A DNA stretch of 64,000 bases from the human T2T-CHM13v2.0 reference genome, Homo sapiens. Positions 18,114-37,999 of this stretch are shown here, piece after piece (within the stretch, counting starts at the first letter, position 1; each line of letters begins with the position of its first letter). The notes beneath the pieces are model-generated. The model saw nothing but the letters and a program-made list of their open reading frames with translations. It was not told the origin of the DNA and searched no databases. Made by a program: the position numbers and the translations under genes. The stretch lies in assembly GCF_009914755.1 (NCBI RefSeq), contig NC_060931.1; one strand, given 5' to 3'.

Positions 18114-18401
18114 TTTTTTTGAGATGGAGTCTTGCTCCGTCACCCAGGCTGGAGTGCAGTGGTGCAATCTTGGCTCATTGCAACCTCTGGCTCCATGGTT
18201 CAAGTGCTTCTCTTGCCTCAGCCTCCTGAGTAGCTGGGATTACAGGCACACAGCTCCATGCCTGGCTAATTTTTGTAATTTTAGTAGAGATGGGGTTTTA
18301 CCATGTTGGCCAGGCTGGTCTCGAACTCCTGACCTCAAGTGGTCCTCCTGCCTCCGCCTCCCAAAGTGCTGAGATTACAGGCAGGATACACTGCCCTGGC
18401 C
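18114..18401 (-). mobile_element. AluS
   Basis: Full Alu dimer. Confidence 0.88.
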
Positions 18402-18792
18402 TACAGGCTTCTTTATATAGGTCATCAGCCTGTATTCACATTTCCATCCATTTCTAATGTAATTACATTAACATTACTTTAGCATATGACTTTGCCTTTT
18501 CCAGAACTCTAATTAAGATTTTAAATAAGATGTATGCCACTGGGAATCTCTCATTCACGCTTGTTAAACACCTTTCCTGTTTGATTATAATTTCACTTGC
18601 TAATTATTTCTGACTTTGGTTTTCCAAACTTTTCCTTTTTATGACTTAAACACAGTTTGAACTGGTGCAGCAAATCACTTACAATCCAGGTGTAAGATAG
18701 ATTGGCAAACTAAATAGAAAAGAAGACAGTCATTGGGTGGAAAACAGTGACCAAGTTTACCTCAGTCAATCTGTTTATTAAAAGAACTCATA

Positions 18793-19270
<478 letters not shown>

Positions 19271-19762
19271 TCACCATGTGCTAGGTTCTGATTGCTTTAT
19301 CTACTTCTATGCCATAAACTTTTTTCAAATTTATTTTGCATATTTTTAGATGCCTGCTATACACTGATCCTTGTGATAAGAGCAGCCAAGGTTCCTTGAG
19401 CACTCACCATGTGCTAGGGTCTAATTGCATTATGAACTGTTTGTCATTTAAATATTGCAGCAAGCCCATGAAGCAAGTAGTAATATTACCCCCAATTTTC
19501 AGATAAGAAAAATGAGGCATAGAGAATGTGAAAATAAATAAAATTTAAAAGCTCTTGGAACCCCAGAGAACACATTAAGTCTTGAGAGATGTGACTGTGA
19601 TCTCAGCCATGGAGCATGGAGTTGTAATTTCTGCTCCTTAGATTATAGATTAACTCTCTTCTTCAGTGTTCTTCTTCTGTAAATTATGAGGAGAGACAAG
19701 AGACCAGACCTCCTTCTAATCACTGATCTTTGTGATAGATTAACTGCCTCCTTTTTTGTACC

Positions 19763-20143
19763 TGTATTAGTCTGTTTTCACCCATTATAAAGAATTGCCC
19801 AAGACTGGGTAATTTATAAAGAAAAGAGGTTTAATTGACTCACAGTTCCACATGGCTGGGGAGGCCTCAGGAAACTTATAATCATGGTAGAAGAGAAGCA
19901 GGCACATCTTACATGGTGGCAGACGAGAGAGAGAGAGAGAGAGAGAGTGTATGAAAGGGAAAGAGCCCCTTATAAAACCATCAGATCTCATGAGAACTCA
20001 CTCACTATCACAAGAACATCATTGGGGAAACTGCCCCCATGATCCAATCACTTCCCACTAGTTTCCTCCCTTGATACATGGGGATTATGGGGATTATAAT
20101 TCACTATGAGATTTGGGTGGGGACACAGAACCAAACCCTATCA
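19763..20143 (-). mobile_element. MSTA-like solo LTR nested in the proviral 5' LTR
   Basis: tgtattagtctgttttcac...gggtggggacacagaaccaaaccctatca, flanked by 5-bp TSD GTACC at 19758-19762 and 20144-20148. Confidence 0.9.
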
Positions 20144-20494
20144 GTACCTAACTCAGTTAAGGTAGCACTAATTACCTCCCAAATTTTATATCTTCAGTGT
20201 GGAATGTTAAATAGACCTTTCCTGAAAAGAAAAATATTACCTTGTCTAATTGGATTACTGTAACTATACATTCAGCCATATACAGAAAAATATTGAAATT
20301 CTGTTAAGCTTTCTAAACCTTATCTATGTTAAGTGACCTCAAACTTCTACACTTCAAAGTGCTGACTTCCATTCTTTGGAATCTGTCTCCCAGGCCATCT
20401 TCAAACTTTGTACTTGAATAAACTCTCTTCAAAATTCAAAATAAACTCTCTTCAAGTCAAACTAGATTCTGACGCTTATTTCAAGTTGACATTT

Positions 20495-20512
20495 TGGCAA
20501 CCATGAAAGGAC
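20495..20512 (+). promoter_or_regulatory. Retroviral primer-binding site, tRNA-Arg type
   Basis: TGGCAACCATGAAAGGAC, 3 nt after the LTR end. It differs from the Arg PBS TGGCGACCACGAAGGGAC by two CpG-type transitions and one G>A. Confidence 0.7.
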
Positions 20513-21037
20513 CTAAAGCAAGCCTCTGTTGATTCCCCACTGCATTGCCCACAGTTAGGATCCTGGTACCAGCATGAACAGTTTTCATTCACCTGGCTTC
20601 ACTGGAGCCAGCAGAGGGTCTCCGGTGAAGACCCTCTCAGGTTTTGAATCTCCCTGATTTGGGTTGAGAATCAGACTTTACTCAAGTGACCCAATTCCAC
20701 ACTTGATGGAGCTGGAATTGAAGCTCTACTTTAAGGTAAGAGTTTTTGTCTGTTCTCTAGATATTCTTCTGTTCACAGATTTGTGGTTTTCACTTTTCTC
20801 TAAGGTTAAGTGTTATTTGTAACTGCTCATTAACATTTGTACAGCTTTTTCTCTCATTTGAATTTTGGTCAGGGAAAGAAAGTTTCTCTCTCTGAAAAGA
20901 GGAAGTGAATGTGGCTTAAGCAAAATTTGCATAAAAGAAAAAAACCTGGCTAAACTCTGAAGCTTGGTTCATTTGACATATCTAAAGTTGTTTTGTTTGT
21001 TTCTGAGTGACCAAAAAGAAAAACTTTCTATGAGGAT

Positions 21038-21539
<502 letters not shown>

Positions 21540-21833
21540 CTAATAAGGTCTTGCGGGAGTGTCTGAACTCATTACTCTTAACATGCAATAGTACTGTAGG
21601 GAGTTCTCAAAGAAGAACACACAGGAAATCTTGCTTAACCTGGTGGGCACATATGAAGGGCTGATCTTCTAGTGCCTTAAGTGCCCAGGATTCCTGGCTT
21701 TCACCAAGACAGGGAAGAAGAGAGAAGTGATTCACTGGTGTCACCTCAAGGAATAATCCCCATTAAGCAACATACCAGATCAAAAACATCTTTCCCATTT
21801 CATCTTTGATCACTTAAAAAGAGAATCCAAATT

Positions 21834-24240
21834 ATGGGCAATCATCCATCTAAAACTGAGTCTTCCTTTTTAAGGAGAGATCCACCTTTAGAAATTCCAG
21901 CTGGATTCCTGTATAATATTGTGGTGCAACCTCCAGTCAATATCTAGAAAAGTTGTCTTTCTTAACCCATGAAGACCCCAAACAACAATGACCAAAGTGG
22001 GCTATCTTTGAAATACCTAAATTAGCTTATTTATGTGCACAATTAGAAAAAGCTATTTCTAAAATTAAAGAAAATAATTGGGAGAGTTACTTCTAACAGT
22101 ACTTAGAAGCATCTGAAAAGCGCTCTGACAAAGTTCTTCCTCTACAGGAAGAAAATTAAAAGCCCTCTAAAACCATTTCTAAATTAAAAAAAAAAAAAAC
22201 TGCCAAATCTTTTACTCCTCCTTCTGCTTCCCCAACTCTTTATTCCCCATCTCTTCCTCATCTGAACGACACTGCCCAGCCTTTCCTTCTTTTCCTCCCC
22301 TTCCCCTTCTTCCCACTCCTGTTGTTTTAGCTACATTTTGTGAATGGCTGGTATCTGGTAGAGGAGAACCTGCCTTAACTTATCAACTATGATCAAAGGT
22401 AGACATTAAAGGCATAATTAAGGAATTTCCTCATCCCCACCAAGACCCTATTGGTTTTGTCAGGAAATTTGAACTAAATATTCAAGTTTACAACCCTGAT
22501 TTTTCCAATTTGTATTAAGTAGTTCACATGTTAGTATCAGAAAGTAAAGCTAAAGATTGGAAGAGCTAAGGCAAATTGGAGGAACCACTTGAAGGACTTT
22601 CATACATTTTCAGAAGACCACAAATGTGACCATGAGGTTTCAAAGGCTTTGCTCAAGCCACCCCTTCATTTGACCTTCCAAAGAATGGTCGACTGGAATA
22701 AAATACAACAATGTCAACAAAATTCAGATGAGTCAGAAATGACATATTTTGAGAGATTCGAAAAAATATTTAAACCATATTCAGGATTATCCAAAGAGAG
22801 TTAGGCTAATCATCAAAATGATACTCTCCTCAATTTCAATTTCATAAGTGGGTTACTTAGATGAAGAATTAGGACTAACAGTAAAAGGACAACACCATAG
22901 TTGGACAATTGCTCACATTCATGATTTGGTTAATTTTGCTGATCAATTATGTCATGCCTTAACTAAAGAAGAGAAAAAGAAGCCAAAGAAAAGAATAAGG
23001 CTAATAAGATTATGAATTTATAACTAAAACAATTATCTACCCAGTCTGAACCTCCAAAACATACCCCAAAAACCTCAGAATGAATTTAACCCTCTGCTTT
23101 GTCATTATTGCAAAAACACCCTGGTCACTTTAGGAAAGATTGCTGAAAACTAAAATGGAGGCAACAACAACAGGCAAAGGAAAAAAAGAAAAGGGGGGGT
23201 GCTCCAAGGAACTTAAAGAGACCTTGCCTTTCCTCCATATTTATATTTTGGGAGAAATAGAAAGTATCTGAAATGGAGAACAAACATAAGCTCTTATTGA
23301 CACTGAGCTGCATTATCTGTAGTAAATCCCACCTTATTACAAGGTCCCATTCCTTAAAGTAAACCATTTAAATGGTGGGTGTCACTGATATTCCTGTATT
23401 GGCACATAAATCTTAGCCTATAGCTTTTCAAGTAGGTCCTTTACAAGAGACTTGTATTTTTCTCTTCGTTCTCTAAGCCACTATCCATTTGATAGGAAGA
23501 AATTTCTTAGAACTATATAATACCCATATTTGTTTTTCCCAAAAGGGTAAAATATTTTTAGAATTAGAAGACAAAGTTGAATTACTAGACACCATGAATT
23601 TTTCAGAATCTGATCCTTTTAAATTCACAAGCTGCAATTTATATTGCCATAGAGGACACCGAATTATTGATTGATAAACGAATACAAAAATTGTTAAAGG
23701 CAATACCTGATTAGTTGTGGTCAGTCTTTCATTGATACTGGAAAAATTATCTTGACTTCCCCAATCAAAATTTAAATAAACTCATCAAAACCTCTTCCAA
23801 ACCTTAAACAGTATTCTTTAAAGCCAAAGGCTTTAGAAGGAATACAACCTATAGTTCTAGACTATATAAAAAGAGGTCTGATTATTCCCTGTAGAAGCCT
23901 GTGTAACACTCCAACCCTTCCTGTAAAAAAACCAGATGACAGAGGATGGAGGTTTGTACAGGATCTGAGAGCAATTAACAACATAGTTATTCCTTGCCAT
24001 CTGCTAGTGTCAAACAGTCATATGTTGTTGACTACCATCCCCGCTGAAGGTGAGTTTTTCACTGTGACAGATTTATGCAGTGCATGTTTTAGTATTCCTG
24101 TGGAGAAAGACAGTCAATTTCTCTTTGCCTTCACTTGGGAGAACAGACAGTACAATGGACAGTCATGCCTCAGGGATACACTGAGAGCTCAACTTACTTT
24201 TCACATATATTTGTGATATCTGAGATCTCCCAGATATTGA
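21834..24240 (+). pseudogene. ERV gag-pro-pol relic with many stops and frameshifts
   Basis: Gag start MGNHPS at 21834; capsid-like EFPHPHQDPIGFVRKF; CCHC knuckle CHYC..PGHFRKDC at ~23100-23145; protease LIDT and IGRNFL; RT motifs PCNTPTLPVKKP..WRFVQDLRAIN, FTVTDLCSACFSIP..QFLFAFTW and MPQG. The rest of pol and env is missing. Confidence 0.85.
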
Positions 24241-24511
24241 CTTCATTAAGAAATCCAATCCCACCTCAGTATGGAACATAACATCCAAGGAATGAGACTT
24301 CCTAGTGACGGGGGATGAAACTCCTGAACATAAAAGGAGTCAAAACTATTGAGATCATCTACAGTGCTTTCTTCGAAAGATCTTGATGAAAAGGGGGAAA
24401 TGTGAAAATAAATAAAGGTTAAAATGCAGTTCAAACCCCATGAAACACTTCAAGCTTTGAGTGAGTTGTGACTGTGGTCTGTGCCATGTAGCTTGTGGCT
24501 GTACCTTCTGA

Positions 24512-25226
24512 TTTTTAATTTTATAGCCACTGACTTTATTGATCTAAAAATCTTCACAGAGACAATGACTGTTGTGTGAAAGAAAAAGGAACCAAATGGT
24601 GTGAAACACTAGAAGTGAGGGTAGGGGTGAGGGACGGGGCCAGAAATCCATCAGGAAAGTTGGCAAGTATCACCAGGCAGAGGAAAAGGAAGGGAGGTGC
24701 ATGAAAGAGTTCGAATTGCAAAGAAGTTGAAACGGTTAGGGGAGAAAACTCCCAAAACACCCCTAGAGTCCACTGGACACAAGCACAACAACAGCAATCA
24801 TTTCCTTTGTAGAGGACAGAGGAGGAGTCCCCTACTTGGCTGCAAACTCTGGAGACGCAATGCTGGGGCTGGGCATTGAGGGCTTCCCAGAAAGCATCAC
24901 AAGAAGGCGTCACACCACTCTTGAATGCATCCAAAGCAGTCCTGGGGCTGCTTGGCTTTGGTGCTACTTGTGTCCTTCAGCCATACCTGGGCAAGATCTT
25001 CCTCTTTCTTTAGCACCAGCCAAGGACAACACAGGCCTTGTCAAAGCCCCTTTCCTCCAGCTTCTTGCCCAGCACTTCACCAATACTGGCCAGGCTCCCC
25101 ACTGGTTTTCCCCCATAGGCTCTGCCGTGAAGCCTCAGTGCTTTTGGGAGGTTGTCATCTTAATCAAGCTTAATCAGCAGCTCCAGTTCCCATAACAGTA
25201 CCTTCTACAACAGGCCTCTCTGGCCA
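24512..25226 (-). pseudogene. BANF1P5: BANF1 processed pseudogene inside the 3' LTR (probably BANF1P5)
   Basis: Minus strand from ATG at 25158: [16 protein letters not shown] / [29 protein letters not shown] / [30 protein letters not shown], stop at 24897-24899. The CDS is 262 nt versus 270 (1-nt and 7-nt deletions). BANF1-like UTRs, AATAAA at 24535-24540 (minus), A-tail remnant. The P5 number is from memory. Confidence 0.9.
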
Positions 25227-27453
25227 ATATGCTTTTTACACTATGGATTAACTTTGTTCCTCACTGTTTGTGTTCTGTAAATGACTAGGAGAGACCAGAG
25301 ACCAGACCCTCTCTCCTTCCAATCACTAATCTTTGTTATAGATTATCGTCCTCTTTTATTATCCTGTACCTAATTCAGGCCAGATGGTGCAAAAGATTCC
25401 ATGACTGTTACATCTTCAGTGTAGAATGTAAAATTACCTTTCCTGAAAAGAAAAAGACTGCCGTAACTAATAAGATAAAGCCTTATATAGAAAGCGTTGA
25501 AATTCTGTGAAGCTCCCCAAACTTATCTAAGTGAATGAGCCCAAACTTCTACACTTTCAAACACTGACTTTCATTTTTTGGAATCTGTGCTTCCCAAGCG
25601 GCCATCCTCAACTTTGTGCTTGAATAAACTCTCTTTAAACTAGATTCTAACCCTTTTGAATATTTGAGGTTGACAAGAGACTGAGTATGCTTCCTAAATT
25701 CCTTAGGGAGTGACTAAGCTGGGAATCAAACTCCAGCCCATATTCTGAATCAGTGCTCTATATCACCTCCCACTGGATGGCAATGGGCACCATGGAGGAG
25801 ACCACAAAACGAAGGAGAAAAGGGAAAGGATTTAACTTTATTGAGCACATTACTATGGCCCAGAAAGTTCTATCATGGTATTTCATTATTATGACAATGT
25901 AATGAATGACTATTACTTACTAATACTTGTAAGAAAGGTTAGAAAACTTGCCCAAGGTCACAGATAAGGATTAGCCCTCAAGAAACTTATTTCTGCTGGG
26001 AATTAACATAAACCCAGAAGGAACTGGCATAACTACAAGATAATGTCAAATCTGTAGTAGAAATAAAAATATAGTAAAATCTCTGAGGAAGGAGTGTTCA
26101 GTCCAGGCGAGATGCTGGTGATACATCCTGGAGAAAAAGGAGGTTGTGATGTAAGGCTTGATGTATAGATTTGGATAAACAGAGAGGAGGAATAAACAGC
26201 ATTGTTCCTGACTTTTGTTCTTTTCTATACTTGTAATTTTTTTTGTAAGCATTTTATTGTTTATAAGATATGGGCTTTAGGGTTGACAAAAGGTCATTTC
26301 CTGATTTACATCATTTTATAGGAACTTCTAAGCAGGGACAGATGCCTAAACTTAGAAAACCATAAGATATGTAAGAGAAAGACCAAATAGGGGAAATCAA
26401 GAGCAAAGAGGTTATTCTCTTAAGGTTACAGTAAGGGGGCAAGAAGTAGAAGTTGGGAATGAAAAGAAAGAAAAGCTTAGAAAAGAAAAGTGAAACGTAA
26501 GGAAGAAAAGTGAAACTCTCATAAGGAAGTCTATGTTGAAACATGGCTGGGGTTCAAAACTTTCATGGCCCAGGCCACTGACCTGTATGGTCTTAGAGAA
26601 CCTTTCATAATTAAGATGCTGCACTCTGTGTGTGTGTGTGCACATGCGCATGCACGCACGCTCATTTTTAAAGAATTTTAGAGATATAGAAGAGAAGAAA
26701 GGTTTTCTCAGCCAAGACTTTTGCCAGCCTTCTCAGATCAGTAACACGTTGTCTCAATCCAGGGAAGTATTGCTACTGCTTAGCATTTGGGATGAAGCCA
26801 ACTGCGATGTTCAGCAAATATGAGTTTCATCCTCTTGAAAATAATTGCTTTTACATCTTGTGACATCTTTCATGGACTCTGCAATGAAAATAAATTATAA
26901 TTTCTTTGGGTGGGAGAAACTAAATTAGAAAGAAAAATGATTAGAAACAGAAGGCAGCTTGACGCTTGTGATGCCAGATTTGTTCAACATGTGATTCGAA
27001 AGCTGTGGATAAGTTTTTCTGGCCATTCTCCCAAATAACAACCTTTAGCTTACTTAAAAGCCAAAATCCGTGACTCAAAAGAGTGTGCTAGGAAGAAATT
27101 TTTGACAGATAAAATTAACTATTCCTGGCAACATCAAATAGCATATACATATACTCATGTACCTTTTTTTTGGAATGAAGCTCAAAATATACCAAGATCT
27201 AACTTAAACTGCTCCCAGGGCTCCAGACCTCAGTTATAATAGTTAACATTTATCAAGTACTTACTATGTGCCAGGCATTGCAACTATTTTTTACACCAAC
27301 ATTATGAGATAGGTAGTATTCTCACATAATCTTATTTTAAAGATGATAAAATTGAGTCAAGGGAAGCTTAAATAACTTGCTCAAGGTCACTCAGATAGAA
27401 AATGGTAGAGCTAGGACTGAAACTGAGAAAACGTGTCTCCACTATATTCTTTA

Positions 27454-27765
<312 letters not shown>

Positions 27766-28683
27766 TCCTTACCTTCAGGAAGTTTATAGTCTAATACTGG
27801 ATTCAGACAAGTACTCTTCAGTGTGGTAAGTACACACATAGTTAAGAGTGCTAAGGTTATATGTAGGAAGGTAATCTAACCTTGCCTTTGGTTATTAGGG
27901 AAGTAACTATCAAAGGGAACGCTAAACTAAGAAGTGAGGGATGGAGAAAGGGGGAAAGAGTTCCAGGCAGAGGAAGAAGCAAGTCACCAGGTCCAGAGAT
28001 AAAAGAGAGCTCAGTGCCATGGGTGCATAGAGAGGCAGGGCATTAGCAATGCCCTGTCAAAGGCAATGGAGAGCCTTTGAAAGATTTTAAACTAAGGAGG
28101 AACCTGACCTGATTTGCATTTCTTAGACTTTTGGAGGCTGCTTTGGAGAATAATTTGTGAGTAGAACAAGAGAAGAGGCAAAGAGACCTATTAGGACGCT
28201 ATTGCTTTGGGGTAATCCTAAGCTGACCCCAGGCAGCAGTGGTGGAAAGGGACAGAAGCAGACAGAACTGGAGAGCTATTCAAAATGTGGACTTGACCAT
28301 AGATGACATGAAAGAACAGAGAAGAAGGAATCGAAGTGGCTGCTACATTTCTGGCTTGGGCAATGGGATGGATGGGATTGGGATGCCATTCACCAAGATG
28401 GGAAAGCCAAGAGGAGGAGTAAGTTAAAAAATGGGGTTGGAAGAAGGAACTAATTCATTTTTTTTTAAATTTTATTATTATTATACTTTAAGTTTTAGGG
28501 TACATGTGCACAATGTGCAGGTTTGTTACATATGTATACATGTGCCATGTTGGTGTGCTGCACCCATTAACTCGTCATTTAGCATTAGATATATCTCCTA
28601 ACGCTATCCCTCCCCCTCCCCCAACCCCACAACCATCCCCAGAGTGTGATGTTCCCCTTCCTGTGTCCATGTGTTCTCATTGT

Positions 28684-32524
<3,841 letters not shown>

Positions 32525-32572
32525 TTATTTTGCTCGTTAGTTGATGCAGTTTCTTCCTAGCCTTGATGGTCT

Positions 32573-33590
32573 TTACAATTTGGCATGTTTTTGCAGTGGC
32601 TGGTACCAGTTGTTCCTTTCCATGTTTAGTGCTTCCTTCAGGAGCTCTTTTAGGGCAGGCCTGTTGGTGACAAAATCTCTCAGCATTTGCTTGTCTGTAA
32701 AGTATTTTATTTCTCCTTCACTTATGAAGCTTAGTTTGGCTGGATATGAAAATTCTGGGTTGAAAATTCTTTTCTTTAAGAATGTTGAATATTGGTCCCC
32801 ACTCTCTTCTGGCTTGTAGAGTTTCTGCCGAGATCAGCTGTTAGTCCGATGGGCTTCCCTTTGTGGGTAACCCAACTTTTGTCTCTGGCTGCCCTTTTAA
32901 CATTTTTTCCTTCATTTCAACTTTGGTGAATCTGACAATTATGTGTCTTGGAGTTGCTCTTCTTGAGGAGTATCTTTGTGGCGTTCTCTGTATTTCCTGA
33001 ATTTGAATGTTGGCCTGCCTTGCTAGATTGGGGAAGTTCTCCTGGATAATATCCTGCAGAATGTTTTCCAACTTGGTTCCATTCTCCCCGTCACTTTCAG
33101 GTACACCAATCAGACATAGATTTGGTCTTTTCACATAGTCCCCTATTTCTTGGAGGCTTTGTCCATTTCTTTTTATTCTTTTTTCTCTAAACTTCTCTTC
33201 TCGCTTCATTTCATTCATTTCGTCTTCCATCACTGATACCCTTTCTTCCAGTTGGTCACATCAGCTACTGAGGCTTGTGCATTCGTCATGTAGTTCTCGT
33301 GCCATGGTTTTCAGCTCCATCAGGTCCTTTAAGGACTTCTCTGCATTGGTTATTCTAGTTAGCCATTCGTCTAATTTTTTTTCAAGGTTTTTAACTTCTT
33401 TGCCATTGGTTCGAACTTCCTCCTTTAGCTCGGAGTAGTTTGATCTTCTGAAGCCTTCTTCTCTCAACGCGTCAAAGTCATTCTCCTTCCAGTTTTGTTC
33501 CATTGCTGGTGAGGAGCTGCGTTCCTTTGGAGGAGGAGAGGCACTCTGATTTTTAGAGTTTCCAGTTTTTCTGCTCTGTTTTTTCCCCAT
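32573..33590 (-). pseudogene. L1 ORF1, disabled
   Basis: MGKKQSRKTGNSKNQSASPPPKERSSSPA...; premature TGA at 33261-33263 and a frameshift near 32895. Confidence 0.92.
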
Positions 33591-34172
33591 CTTTGTGGTT
33601 GTATCTACCTTTGGTCTTTGATGATGGTGACGTATAGATGGGTTTTTGGTGTGGATGTCCTTTCTGTTTGTTAGTTTTCCTTCTAACAGTCAGGACCCTC
33701 AGCTACAGGTCTGTTGGAGTTTGCTGGAGGTCCACTCCAGACCCTGTTTGCCTGGGTATCAGCAGCAGTGGCTGCAGAACAACGGATATTGGTGAACCGT
33801 AAATGCTGCTGCCTGATCGTTCCTCTGGAAGTTTTGTCTCAGAGGAGTACCCGGCTGTGTGAGGTGTCAGTCTGCCCCTACTGGGGGGTGCCTCCCATTT
33901 GGGCTACTCGGGGGTCAGGGACCCACTTAAGGAGGCAGTCTGCCCGTTCTCAGATCTCAAGCTGCATGCTGGGAGAACCACTACTCTCTTCAAAGGTGTT
34001 AGAGAGGGACATTTAATTCTCCAGAGGTTACTGCTGTCTTTTTGTTTGTCTGTGCCCTTCCCCCAGAGGTGGAGCCTACAGAGGTAGGCAGGCCTCCTTG
34101 AGCTGTGGTGGGCTCCATCCAGTTCGAGCTTCCCAGCCGCTTTGTTTACCTAATCAAACAACTAACTTGGCA

Positions 34173-34340
34173 ATGGCTGGCGCCCCTCCCCCAGCCTCGC
34201 TACTGCCTTGCAGTTTGATCTCGGACTGCTGTGCTAGCAATGAGCGAGACTCCATGGGCGTAGGATCCTCCTCCAAGCCAGGTGTGGGATATAATCTCCT
34301 GGTGTGCCGTTTTAAGCCTGTTGGAAAAGTGCAGTATTAG
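34173..34340 (+). CDS. L1 antisense ORF0-like ORF, 55 aa, C-terminally frameshifted
   Basis: ATG at 34173: MAGAPPPASLLPCSLISDCCASNERDSMGVGSSSKPGVGYNLLVCRF matches primate L1 ORF0, then frameshifts to KPVGKVQY*. Expression is not shown by sequence. Confidence 0.6.
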   Translation: MAGAPPPASLLPCSLISDCCASNERDSMGVGSSSKPGVGYNLLVCRFKPVGKVQY

Positions 34341-34642
34341 GGTGGGAGCGACCCAATTTTCCAGGTGCCGTCTGTCACCACTTTCTTTGACTAGAAAAGG
34401 GAATTCCCTGACCCCTTGCACTTCCCAGGTGAGGCGATGCCTCGCCCTGTTTCGGCTCACGCACGGTGCGCTGCACCCACTGTCCTGCACCCACTGTCCG
34501 GCACTCCCCAGTGAGATGAACCCAGTACCTCAGTTGGAAATGCAGAAATCACCCGTCTTCTGCGTCACTCACACTGGGACCTGTAGACTGGAGCTGTTCC
34601 TATTCGGCCATCTTCAAACTAATTCATTTTTTACCATGTTGA

Positions 34643-34997
<355 letters not shown>

Positions 34998-35098
34998 TCA
35001 TTCTTTATTTAATAAAAGAATAACTCATGTGAGTTATCTTAATCATCTAATTCTTCTAACGTATTTAAAGAAGTTTGATTCACAAAATTTTTTACAGG

Positions 35099-35443
<345 letters not shown>

Positions 35444-35599
35444 CTATCAAGACATACGTATATATAATTTATCTTATCACTAGGGCATTTGAAACATAAT
35501 ATAATTTCTTTTAAAATGATTGACAAAGTAACAAATTGACCTATTAAAAAATCACCTCAAATAGTACAAAATACTATAAAATAAAAATATCTCTTAATT

Positions 35600-36770
<1,171 letters not shown>

Positions 36771-37999
36771 CAAAGTGGCTCATGCCTGTAATCCCAGCTA
36801 CTCGGGAGGCTGAGGCAGAAGAATCACTTGAACCTGGAGGCGGACGTTGCAGTGAGCCAAGATTGTACCACTGAGGCAGGAGAATCACTTGAACCCAGGA
36901 GGCGGACATTGCAGTGAGCCGAGATTGCACCACTGTACTCCAGCCTGTGCAACTTTGTCTCAGAAAAAAAAAAAAAAAGAGGGACAAGTTTCAAATGTTC
37001 AGATTTTTTTTCCCCTTTACAAGAGTCATTAAAAGATACAGGTACAAAAGAAATTTTATTGAGAGAAGTATCTCCAAGAAGTTCAAAATATTTTAGAGAT
37101 GTTTTTTTCCTCACCCCCTGAGTTCAAAGATTCTCAGCATTTTACAGAAGAGGCCCCTCCTCTCCTCCTATAAATGACCTCTAAATGTTGGACCGTCTGA
37201 GGGCTTGGTGCTGGTCTTTTATCTGCTTCTCTCCTCACCCTAAATGCCTGGTTTCAGTTGCCACATATATACTGAGGACGTCCAGTTTGCTGTGCCCGGG
37301 TCTGACTTATGTGGATTTCAGTCTTGCCGGCCTTCTTTTTGTTTCTCAAGTGCATCAAGTTCTTTCCTAACTCAGAGTTTTTGCATTTGCTGTTTCCTCT
37401 TCCAGGAAGGCTGTCTTTTTCTCATCCTTTAGTCTCTCTTCAAATGTCATTTCCTCTGAAAGAGAAAGGCCTTCCCTGAACACCCCCTCTAAGGTGGTCC
37501 TCCTCCTCCCCTTGCTGTGTGTTGCTCCATCAATAATTCCACAAGACATCTTTCTCTTTCTCCCATAGCATTTCGTCACAACAGAATGTTATCTGATTTA
37601 TTTTTTTTGCTGATAATCACTGTCCCCCATTAGAAGTACTTTGAAGGCAGGAACTTTGACAAACTTGTTCACTGCTGTATCCCCGACACTTAGATAGTGT
37701 TTGATACAAGTTAAGGGTTCACTAAATACTCATGGTGTAAGTAAATAAATGTATGAATCAATGAATGAATAATTAAACGAATGAATGGAATACTTAAACA
37801 TCCAACTCGTGGTAACACAGCACATCAGTGTTTACTTGAAACAATCCTCAAGCTTCCCTTTTCTCCCTCCATTAACAAACCACAGATTTCATGAGATAAG
37901 ATATGCAAGGATAACTTTAAAAGTGCAATACACTTAAATAATAAGAAATTTGGAAGGATCCTGAAATTATTCTTTGCTTAGAAAACTATGCCATTATTG

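Noticed and set aside
24240-24400. Retained env (HEMO/ERVMER34-1-like) in the provirus
   Set aside because: Only ~160 nt separate the truncated RT from the PPT, so RNase H, integrase and env are deleted.
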